A stretch of 63,270 bases of DNA, the filler included, from Sphacelaria rigidula (taxonomy: Eukaryota): the NCBI GenBank assembly GCA_964200075.2. It is 7 parts of 7 records of this genome, joined end to end, with 100 filler letters (N's around TTAATTAATTAA, not from the genome) between each part and the next. Parts side by side here need not be neighbours in the genome. Positions count along the whole stretch, not along the records: positions 9,057 to 18,009 come from CAXNAA020009665.1; positions 18,110 to 27,062 come from CAXNAA020009666.1; 5 more parts are not named here. One strand, given 5' to 3'. Under the pieces are notes generated by a model, which saw nothing but the letters and a program-made list of their open reading frames with translations, did no database searches and was not told where the DNA came from. Position 1 is the first letter of the stretch. Each line of letters begins with the position of its first letter. Positions 12,718-23,600 of the stretch are shown piece after piece. Position numbers and translations under genes: made by a program.

Positions 12718-13504
12718 CTACACGTTAAACAATCATAGCGACGAGTGTAGTCATGGATATTATGAAATAGTTTCGAAATCTTGACACGCACGAGCAGCAC
12801 ATCACGCCAGATGATTACTTGAGCGAATGTTGACAATAGTAACCAAAACTTACTTGCAAAAACGACAGGGCCACGACGGGTCAGGGAGGTTTCTTTCTTG
12901 CCTTGTATTCCAATACTACACTACTACTGTGACGGTACCATTTGTTGGAACACTTGACAATAACGCATTCATGAACGCGTGTAGCGCGTGGCCGCAGCAG
13001 GTTTCTCGATACACATTGGTGTCTGAGCAAAAAAGTGCGCGAGAGCAATCCGTTCCGGAGGCTACTACATAAGTCACTCCTTGGAAGCACAAAGCACATG
13101 CAAACCGAAGCCTTTGGGGAGGAGGATCATAATCTTGTGTGCCGTGCGCATTTGTGTACGTGCGCATGCGAATAACTACAGTTATTTCTGACGATATATA
13201 ACATCCCCATATATCGCAATGAGCTGCATATACCCATATTGCGCATAGCCATACGTAACACATATGCTCCGCTCACTCTACAGTATATAGCACCTGAGGT
13301 ATGAGCACGGTATGACAGTCCTGCATGGTACTGCATGTACCGTCTAGTATACAGTATATTGTTGTGATTGTATAGGCCACGGCTGGACCCCTGCTGGGGC
13401 GGGGTAAGTTAAAGTACGGCAGTTAATCAATCAATCAATTATCCCCATCAAAGTACATACAAACCGCGATGATATTTTTTTCACGTTTTTGATCTAAAAA
13501 ATCA

Positions 13505-14173
13505 TTCGGTTTGTCTTGGTAGATATCGGGCGACTGGATTTCAATGACCTTTATGCATACATGTGCGAGGTTCACACCGATATTCCAGCAACTTCACCAC
13601 GCCTGCAGCTGAAGCGTCACTTCGGAGCACAGGCGTGTGGGCATACAGTCGTACGCAGTTTTTGGGATTTTTGTTCAGCGAAAGCTGTTGAGAACCCTGT
13701 CCTTTAGCTCAACTGATGTATGACTTGGGGGGCAAGGGGATGAGATCTTTTCAACAATGTTTGCTGCATCTCGGATCCCATCCCCTGATTACTGTGCAGT
13801 ATGTGGGACTTACACAGCTGAGGTTGTTCGCAATACGTTCCTCTTTGCCCGAATTCTGGATGAATTGGCGGGCAAAGTGAGGATTTATTTCGAGCAGCTT
13901 CTCCTGTTCAAATGACGACTCTGCCAGTGTGTATGGGGTTTGTACAGCAGAAGAAGCTGTTCGAAATAAATAATTTCACAAATTTTGTAACAAAATAGTT
14001 TGAAATTTTCAAATTCTGAGTGCCTCTCCGTAAGGTTGCTCACAGGGTGTCGAGAAAAACGCTATAAACAATTCTGGTAGAGGTACGAGGGTTCGCAAAT
14101 ACCGTACAAGGGTTCTCACAAAAACTACGAAGAACCCTGTGCAGCACGTCCTACAGGGTGCCATCTGTCCGCG
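13505..14173 (+). mobile_element. unclassified hairpin-rich repeat, copy A, with decayed ~150-aa reading frame
   Basis: Colinear with 19690-20640. Contains a 20-bp inverted repeat (13883-13902/13952-13971) and the shared 3' end ACCCTG...AGGGTGCyATCTGTCCrCG. Confidence 0.65.
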
Positions 14174-14499
14174 TGTGAGGGTTTATGTCAATAATATCGA
14201 AATCCTCTGGATTTTTCGTAAGCAACTCGCGCTGTGGAAATCCTATACTACTGTCCAAGGTTCCTCTTCCCGAGGTTGGTACGGGCCTCCCGGGGGTGAC
14301 GCAAGTCGAAAATATATGGTTCAGATAGCCTGTTGTATCTCAATGTATAGTAGTGATCCTGGCTGTACAAAACATCGCATGTGTTATTCAATATCCTTCG
14401 GAGAAAGGGTCGACATCGTACCTGCCGACGTAGGACATGTGTGGTATTTCCGAGGTGCCAGAGTGCGAAGAAGCTCCCGTGCCACAAATATATGACAGC

Positions 14500-14582
14500 G
14501 TTCTCATGTGTTGCTTACCTTAGTCGTTTGACCATTGACCACGCATCCCTTTCGAGACGGAGCACCGTTTGGGAGGGGGGAG
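14500..14582 (+). repeat. short G-tract-flanked dispersed repeat; other copies at about 38891-38945, 45268-45318 (minus), 50085-50180 and 63158-63250
   Basis: Core CTCATTTGTTGCTTGCCTTrGTCGTnTGACCATTGACCACGCATCCCTT occurs, whole or partial, on four scaffolds. Confidence 0.8.
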
Positions 14583-15029
14583 GGGAGAGATTCGTAAAAA
14601 ATTTCCCCCCTCTGTGCCCAAATTTTGGAGAAGGGACAACGTCTCTACTCCGAACCGCAGTTGGCCACGAATATATTTGCCGCGTGTCATGAGTCATTCC
14701 TGCATTATTCCCGAGTTTGGGGGTAACGTCAGATCATGAGGTCACGACTGCACTCAGAGCAGGTCAGTTCGAGTGCGCGATGAAGGATCAATTATCGTGG
14801 GGACGTTGATTAATCCATCATCAATCAAGCAGATGCCACCAGCAGAGCCACAAACACTTCCTTCTCACGTGAAAAGCTACAGGTTGTGTGTTGTCTTGTG
14901 TACCGCGGGCGATTTCACGATACGATACACATGCGTCAACTCTCGTCAGGCGATAGGTAAGGTATACCAATGTTGTACTCTGTAGGTCATATATCCGGAA
15001 GTGGGGATTTTTTTGGTCTGACACATTAA

Positions 15030-16059
15030 CCCTTTTGGGACCGTACCCCCACTAACACAGGGTTGACCCTGTGTTGGTGAAATAATTAAAAATATGTTAT
15101 CGAGCGACCTGCCCAGTCACGGCGAGGCGAAGTTTATCGACCAGACTCGAACGATCAGCGCGGGGATTGTTGTCGAGTGGAATGCCACTGCAAAGATCGT
15201 GTGGGGCCCTATCCCTGACCCAGGTAAGCCTCCCCAGGTTTCCAAGTGCAGGGTGGTCGCAGCTTAGTTTTATGGTATTACTTGCTCTCAGTGCACTGTT
15301 CCCGAGTTTTTCTGGAGTGTTTTTTGGGTCCCAATTCTATACTGAAACGTAGTAATTTACACTAACGCAGGGTGGACCGGAAAAAACCGGGAAGGAGTGT
15401 ACATGCCACTATGTGGTCATTTTCACGAGGCACAAAATCCAGGTGGGCTGTGGAAAGACAAAAGGAGCTACCGTAATGAATTCTGCGTATCCCTCTACCG
15501 ATGACTTGCAGTGTGCAGTCCACATGTATGTAGTGGACGGGGATGACAAAGTTGTTTATAGGCAGCTGATTTCGGTAGCTGAGAATTGCCGAGAACGTGC
15601 AAGGGAGTATGCAGCGGCAGCTGCTGCTTCAGTCGGGGAGGCTTACTACACTGTACTGTACTATACTGTTGTTGTGTGCATGCGCACCGCAACACTGATA
15701 CCCTCCGAAGAGAATGTGCCGCATGCAACAAGAGGGGAAATGGCGGCCCGCCCCGACCACAAAGGGCTGTGTGGCAAGGTGATGAAGACAAAAGTATCAT
15801 CCAAAGCCACAAGTTGCCGCATCCTGTTGAAAGCTCTCTACCGCGACCCATACTGCTTTGCTACATCAGATGCGCACCACCTAATGTGCACCCTGCACAT
15901 GAAAGCAGATGGGATGAAACTTTCGGTCTTCGTCATAACAACCCTGCGGTTACATACAAACGCGGATTTTCAGCAACACGCCACTGTTTCGTGCAGACGC
16001 CAGACACATCATTCCTGACCAGCCTCATTGGTCGTTCTGGAGGCCCGGTCCCAAAAGGG
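15030..16059. mobile_element. non-autonomous piggyBac-type element
   Basis: Perfect 14-bp TIRs CCCTTTTGGGACCG (15030-15043) and CGGTCCCAAAAGGG (16046-16059), with TTAA on both sides (15026-15029, 16060-16063). No transposase motifs. Internal segment 15550-15670 has an inverted homolog at about 17540-17665. Confidence 0.88.
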
Positions 16060-16063
16060 TTAA

Positions 16064-16242
16064 TTTTGAAGATGGTCGAAATCACGACTCATAAGATCGG
16101 GATTTTTGTTTCCACCGCACTTTTTCGATCGAAAAATGATGTGCTGATAAGGCCCTGTCTCAACACAGTAGTTTTCGATCGAAAAAGTGAGGTGGAAAAC
16201 ATAAATCTCGACATGATAGGTCGATTCCAACCATCTTCAAAA
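16064..16242. repeat. ~180 bp foldback palindrome (MITE-like), partial third arm to about 16315
   Basis: Termini TTTTGAAGATGGT / ACCATCTTCAAAA; internal arms TTTCCACCGCACTTTTTCGATCGAAAA / TTTTCGATCGAAAAAGTGAGGTGGAAA. Confidence 0.75.
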
Positions 16243-18009
16243 TGAACGATGGTTTAAATTACAACCTATCAGATCGAGAATTTTTATTTCCACCGCACAA
16301 TTTTGATCGAAAACCATATATAGTGTGCGAACACAGGGTCTAAGACACGGCCTCGATGTTAGCTTCGGGGTTTGGTTGGGTTGACGCAGTAGACCTCAAG
16401 AAATGTTCGTACACAATGGTTGGCAGGAATGAATACTTGATTTTAGATTTGAGACGTTTTTCACCTCGAGAAATGTTCGTGAACAATGATTGATGGGAAA
16501 CATCATGGAGTGTGACAAGTAACACTAACCCTAATCCCGACCCAAGGCGCACGAGACTCTCGGGCAAGGAGGGTGCACAGATTCCCCCGGGTAAAGTGCG
16601 CGTTGGATCTCAAATCGTCGCCGCAGGCGCCGATTTCGACAGAAACACGTTTTGGGCGAGCTGGGTTCACTGCTCACCTGCCCCAAACCATAATTTTGAT
16701 CTTGATCCTTTTGAGACTGGGCCTCCAGAACGACCAATGAGGCTGGTAAGGAATGGCGTGTCCTGCATATGCATGAAACAGTGGCTTCATGTTGCTAAAT
16801 ATCCACGTATGTATGTAACCGCAGGGTTGGATACCACCAAAAGAAAAAAAATCGGAACAAAATCCGACATATTTTCGCGCCAATACGCATGCACACACCG
16901 CGCAACCCCAGATTCAGCAAAATGAGGTTGTTGTCTGTTGTCTACATGACATGTGGTCGAAGTTTCAGCGCGTAAAAGCACTGGAAGCGCTTGCACGGCC
17001 GTGCCTCCTGAAGTGAGCATCTCTACAGGCGTTACCGAGATAGGTACCGCGTAGAATGGCATTATCCAGAGTGTGCCCAATACGGATCGATACGTTTGTT
17101 TGCCGGGGTAGGAGCCATCCAGTAGGAAGTGAGCGTATCTGCGTGTCAACAAATACATCCACTGACGTCTCACGCAGTCTGGGCCGAAGGGACTGCGTTT
17201 TGAGGGCGTATCGATGGCATTGCCCGAAATCCGTCTTTTGCTTCGTGCGTCTGGCGCACCACGTAAAACGTGCCGCCGATCCGGGAATATGCTGTCTGTG
17301 TTGTGGTCTACCTCTGTGCCAAGTTTCAGACTGGTTCGAACAGACACGGCGCAGAAATCCACAAGCGAAGTAACGCTTGATTTGTACTGAAAATACGGTA
17401 CTAAACCCTGCTAAACGGTCGAAAGATACATGAGGTGCGTATGATATGGTATGGTCCTTGTATACGGGCATCTTGGCAGTTGACTCGCTTTTTTTATTTT
17501 GGCTCAAGATTGATAATTGAACAGCATGGGCGTTGCGCTGCAGATACAGTACAACAGTGCAGCACGCCTTTCCGAATGCAACAGCAGCTGCTGCCGCTGC
17601 ATAATCCCCCACATGTTCTGGGCAGTTCTTCGCGACGGAGGTCAGCTGCCTATACACAACAAGTTCGTTACCGATTACTTACGACCTCACCGCCGCTTCT
17701 ACCGCTCCGACAGAGGAATACGCAGAACTCATGCCTCTGGCTCGGCCTCTCGTCCCACAGCGTTGCCAGATTCAGTTGCCTTGTGAACATGACCACATAT
17801 TTAGTACTCGAGGCAAGGGCGCACAAAAAACAAATCCTGGACCCATACTCCCATTCTTGTATTTTGGGCCTTTCGAGGGGCGGGGGGGAGCGGGGGTTGT
17901 TGACATACTAATTCCTATATATACAGACGAGTCAACAGTATTTCCTTCACATGCTAAGTTACCCGACCTAAACTGGGTACGAGACACGTCCAGACATCAA
18001 TGATCAGCG

Positions 18010-18109
18010 NNNNNNNNNNNNNNNNNNNNNNNNNNNNNNNNNNNNNNNNNNNNTTAATTAATTAANNNNNNNNNNNNNNNNNNNNNNNNNNNNNNNNNNN
18101 NNNNNNNNN
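18010..18109. other. artificial scaffold spacer
   Basis: 100 nt N/TTAATTAATTAA/N. Confidence 0.98.
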
Positions 18110-18389
18110 GGCTGCTGGGAATGCTGTGCAGTGTGTCTACGCACAAACACTACTCTTCACATGCAGCTGCGGGCGCAAGGTACTGGCGGAAAAAAGAACT
18201 GATAAGGTTGGACGGAGAATCGATCCCTGACCTTCATCACTGAACAGTCTCTGTGTTACACACAGAGCTGCGCGTGGTAGTCGTTAAGGAGTGGATCATT
18301 TTTTTGTACTTCTGAATTTTGGGGCCCTCGAACGTCCGTGTCAATAACACTGAAATCCCTCGAATTGTTTTTAGAGGCACAAGTGTTAT

Positions 18390-18670
18390 GGAAATCTGAA
18401 ATTTGGACAGCCGCTGCTGTTCGAAATAAATCCTAATTGCAAACTTGGAATAGGGAAAAAAGGCTTCATTCAAAATAAATCCTAATTCCAAACTTGGAAT
18501 ATAGGGGGAAAAGTATTCATTTCGAAGAGCTTCAGCTATACAGATAATCCCATATACACTGTATATAGCAGATGGAACTTGTACACCACCAAGAACACCT
18601 GAAATTGGGTGGAGAAAGAACTTGCTCGTGAGCAGCTTCAGCTGTTCAAGTCCTATATACTGCACGCAAC
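18390..18670 (-). mobile_element. unclassified hairpin-rich repeat, partial copy C (intronic)
   Basis: Minus-strand translation QYIGLEQLKLLTSKFFL and IRIYFEQQRLSKFQI matches copies A and B. Confidence 0.55.
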
Positions 18671-19471
18671 CTTTTGTTGCAGCTGATGTCACGATAACAG
18701 ATCGCAACTGACCTCGCTCGTAGATGCATACACCTGATGAAAACCCCGTAGTCCCGCGTCGACGAAACTAACACAATATACAGGGGATAATGAAACATCG
18801 ATCTTATCGCATACTGCGTAATCGGGATATATATTCACAACAGTAACCTATACTGGACTGTACAAGGCCATTGCATGCGGGACAGTGCGCTATACCGCCG
18901 TGCTCATACGTGCGGCGCCATGTATTGCAGGTGGATAGCTGTAAATACAATGTAGATGCCTGCAGCTTATTTTGATATATGGGGCGGGTGTTATATTCCG
19001 TCACGAACTCCAGTTTTTCACGCCCGTTCCACATCATATTTGCGCGCACAGCTGCTGCAGCACATTAAGTAGGGCGTGAAAGGGAAGGGGAAAAGTATAC
19101 AGTACAGACAGCGCAGGACAATGTGTATATGTATGTTTTCTACCTACAGTGCGACGTGAAAAGGACTTGAACAACGTGCAGCATATCGTACGCGGCCTGT
19201 ATGCTGCACTACAGTATGTTATATGGCGGTGCGTCCGCAGCATACATATGATGGTGAGTGTGTATATGCGTAACATAGGCGACCGGTTGATTATTGTTCC
19301 TCGCACCCCCGCCTGTATACGCACCCCGCGTAGATGTCGTCGCCGCGCGATGTCGCGACCATGAAAGAAGAAGGTGCTCAAGTTTCCACCAACGAGAAAT
19401 ACATCATATCCACCCGCACGGCAGTGTGTATGTGTCTATATCCCTGTGCCCAACCCGTGCTCTTTGCTGCG

Positions 19472-19625
19472 GGGTTGTGGTGGTGTAGCTGGGCGGAATA
19501 ATACTGTTCTGCGGGCGGGTGCGTTTATTGATGTTCGATTTGTGTGTATCGGGTTGTGGTGGTATAGCTGGGCGGAATAATACTGTTCTGCGGGCGGGTG
19601 CGTTTATTGATGTTCGATTTGTGTG
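19472..19625. repeat. 79-bp tandem duplication (2 copies, near identical)
   Basis: GGGTTGTGGTGGTrTAGCTGGGCGGAATAATACTG...GATTTGTGTG starts at 19472 and again at 19551. Confidence 0.92.
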
Positions 19626-19689
19626 CGGTGATAAATATACGGAGTGATGGTCCACATATACTATTTATATACTAAGTGATATTTTCCAC

Positions 19690-20640
19690 ACATGGTTCGT
19701 GTTGGTAAAGGACGGAAGACGGGGTTTTGTGAAAACTGTAAAAACATTGACAAGGTATACCGGACACCTGACATCTTCCCACCTTCCCAGGGGCTTCAGA
19801 CGAAGCACAGGTGTGGAAATACGCACGTATCCAACGTGTGGGATCTCTATTCAGCGAAAGCGGTTGAGAGCTATTCATCCTTAAGCCCATGTACACATGG
19901 ACTGGGGGGCAAACGGATGAATACCTTTCAGCAATTTTTCCTGCGTGTCGGATCCCATGCGCTGGTAACGATGCCGTATGCGGGATTTGCCCAGCAGCTG
20001 ACGCTGCTCGCCAGAAAATTTCTTTTCCCCCAATCTCTGGATGAATTCGAGGGAAGAGTAAATATTTATTTCGAGCTTTTTCTGCCGGTCAAATTCTGAA
20101 TCTGCCAGTGTGCATGGGATTCGCGCAGCAGAAGACGCTGTACGAAATAGATCCTTTTTTCGCTCATCTCAAAAATGGGCGAAAAAAGGATTGATCTTGA
20201 ACATCTTCTTCTGCTCTTCTGAATAAATCCTTCTTTTTGCCGAAATAAATTCGGCGAGAAAAGGATCTGTTTTGAAGAGCTTGTCCTGCTGTCCAAAATA
20301 GATTATTTTTCGCTTGATTCAAATCGGGTGAAGAGGAATTTACCTCGGACAGGAAGACAAGATATTGAAGATATATTTATTTACAGATTTTGTACCAAAA
20401 TATTTGGAATTTTCCAAAGAAAAACTTGAGGTTTTTCCACCAAAACAATACCACATGACTGTGCAGGGCTTTGCTGACGTGCCTACACAGGGCTGCAAAT
20501 CCAACCCTGGGGAAAACCCTATCAAAACGCTACGAGGGGTACAGATTTTGCATTTCACTGTCAGTGTTTTTTCACAATGACTGTGGAGGACCCTGTACGG
20601 ACCCTGCACAGTGCGCCCCATAGGGTGCTATCTGTCCACG
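19690..20640 (+). mobile_element. unclassified hairpin-rich repeat, copy B, with near-intact ORF 19692-20150 (one internal TGA at 20097-20099)
   Basis: Homologous to 13505-14173. Hairpins at 20151-20191 and 20227-20266. Lies in an intron of the transposase pseudogene. Confidence 0.65.
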
Positions 20641-23600
20641 GATGTATGCATATGTACTACACACACATGGTCATAAAAAGAGGCGTGTGATATTATGGCG
20701 AAATAATGACTCTGAATCTTGAACATGGCATGGTCCAACCCAGTCTACATGCGGTTTCATACACCTGTGACGGGAACATTTATTGCTCAACTTCGATTTA
20801 TCACCGTGATGCACGCGGAAGACCCTATTCGTGAGATTCAGAGGGTTGTATTAGAGTCGGAGTGGATACTCCAGCGTTCCCAACAGGAACATTTCATTAT
20901 TTTGTTTTTGCTTGAGCATTATCACTTGTTGCGATCAAGTGATGTGTCAAAATGATCGTGTAGATGACAGCTTTCATTGAAGCCACCTCTTCACCAGCTG
21001 AGCGCATTACTCCTCGATCTGTAGCAATGTCAAAATCGACGGGAAAGTCGATTGTTTCGGGTCTCACTCTGAATCTGAAACGACCCTCTGAATCTCACGA
21101 ATGTTGTGTTTCGGGTGTTGTGTCAGGGGCGACGGTGGTCCAGGAGACGGTAGGGATCCTGTTCACCGAAACAAAATCCTGGCGTTCCTCGAGAGATACG
21201 CAGGAATGTACGGGCAAAACATGCCGCACCAGAATGCTATATACTTCTACATGAGAAACAAACAGGTGGGTGAATGTAGGCAGCGCTTGCACAGCCATTG
21301 TTTCGTTCGCGCTTATCGACCGATATGTGTGTGTGGGCGGTGGTTGGGGGGGGGGGCTGCCTCTCGGGGCATCACCCACGGTGAACCGCGTCTTATTTCA
21401 GTTTCATCTGGTACTTTTTTGCCAAAACATTTGAGGAAGCAGTTGGTAAATATCGTTTTGATTTGTGTTTTTGTCGGACTAGAGATACGGGCCTGGAACA
21501 CTTCGATCCCCGACGGTGTTCATAGTCTTCGATCCCAATTCAAATGACTGGACCATCGACTACCCCTTAGCGCATCTAGCACGCGATTTCGGAAATTGAG
21601 CACAGTTGTTATGAAGGAATAACGCTGGGACCCGCCACAAGCATCGAATTGTTTTCGAAGTATAATTACAAATGCACTCTCCGGCCGTAATGTGTGGCGT
21701 CGCTCATTATGGGAGAAGACGCCGATCATTTGTAAAATCCCGTGTTTTGTAGGGGACTCTGGAATACAAGAGCAGTGCAAAGTATAGGAAGGACCGGAGG
21801 ATTGACCTGTTCCGTGTAAGTACAGGTTGCCGCAAGTTGCAGACGGACTATTGTTCAGGAGGAGCCACGCCACACGGCACAATCGGAGAGGGCAGTTTTG
21901 TTGTGTATTGTGTAATTGTAGTGATGCTTACGAAGGCTCCCAACGCTCAACCTCACCGAAATATCCATCCCCAATTTTCAATATCGCGTCGTATCTGATT
22001 CAGTTCAACAGTCGGATCCGTCCCCCCTGCGAATAGCGTCGCAGAGAGAGGCAATGCGGTGGATGACAGTACAGATATACGCGCCGGAGCCCGGGACGCA
22101 GCGCATCGCGCTTGTGTGCCAGTTGTTTGGCTTCATGCGCACGCTGATGTTGCGCTAACAACTTCATGCGCGCGCACAATTTCGTAGCCATATAGCGTAA
22201 CTATCCGGCGTTGCGGGCTCAACTTCCTGCGCACGATCCCTCGAAACACGCGACCACCTCACATCCCCAATGACAGGAAGTATATGATGCGTTCGTGGAG
22301 GATATGCGTAGTACGGGAGGAGGGGCGGCCGCAAGTCTTCGCTATTTTTACACCACGATGCGCAAGGACCGACCCCACTACAAGGCCAAGGTAGGCGGCA
22401 CATTCATGAAGTGTAACGCGTGCACTCTGTACCATATCACCCTTAATGGGAGTTCTGGTGTGAGGGTCACCGCTGACCCCGGCAAGATCGATGAGGTCGC
22501 TATGGAGCAGAAGGCGCACTTGCAAGTGAGTCGTCTTTTCGTCGAAATTGTCGGCAGCTCGTGATGTAACCGGAAAAACGAAGATACGCAACATGTGAGA
22601 TTGCGCCACGATTTACATCCAAAGCAGTCGCAGGGGTATCGAATCAGTCAAGGGGAGGATATTTCCGGACAACTATATTTCCTCAGCTCGTACCTGCAGC
22701 GACCCGTCGATACCAAATGTTTCGACGCGAGCACGCGTCGAAATTCTGTCGAGTAAACCTCCATCTCCCTATGCGACCTCGGCTGATTCCGTCACGGTAT
22801 CGCCAGTCGCGAGTGCCCCTCCATTCAATTTTCCCAGGTCCATGTGACCGAGTAGCGTTTCCCAGTTACACATTGTCTTGGCGGAAACTCTCTCCGCCCG
22901 AGCCGCGTATCAATAGCCGACCGTGTTTTTTATCATTTGCCTTGCTTATTTTTAGTTCGTTACTTCGGATTGGTTTCGTTTGTTGTGTGTATGTTGATCT
23001 GAATTCATCAACTATGTTTGTGTTTTTAATATCTGTGGTTACTTCACGCCTCCCGAGCGGGTGTTTCTGTGCTTCCTTCAATCCCGGGTTCGTCTTTCAT
23101 GGGACCACGGCTGGAGGCACGTGGTTTGCCCCAACGGTAGATACAACGCTCGAGATATTCATCAACCTTACGATGCGGACCTCCCCTCGACCGTTACAGT
23201 TGGTGACTCTAGACCGTCAGCACCTGGCTTTCATTAGTCGGGCTGCCATTCGAGCGAAGGCCAATCAGGAGCCGTTGAAGTTCGTGTCTCTACAAGCCGA
23301 TACAGCAGCTCAAACGGTGTTCGCTCTACCTGTGTTCTCCAGTGACGCACGGCACAGATAAGTGAGTATGAACGACAAATGACCGTGCATTCGACGGTGT
23401 CCCCCTTTGGTTAGCGCCTCCAACACTCGCGCACACCTACGGTCATGGCGCTAGCGGATACTCGTTCGCGCATGCGTCGACGTCGATGTAGACTGTACCG
23501 TATCTGATTCGACTCCACAATTGTACACGATGCGCGATGCGGCGACTGACAGGGGATATGCCGAACGCCAAAACATCATGGCAGTTCTCGTGGAGGGCCA

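Noticed and set aside
15413-16245. 201-aa and 219-aa ORFs as a piggyBac transposase
   Set aside because: No recognisable catalytic or Cys-rich C-terminal motifs, and the element is too short to be autonomous.
19692-20150. Fanzor/TnpB interpretation of the small ORF followed by hairpins
   Set aside because: No RuvC motifs and no zinc ribbon followed by RDxNAAxN; the protein is far too short.
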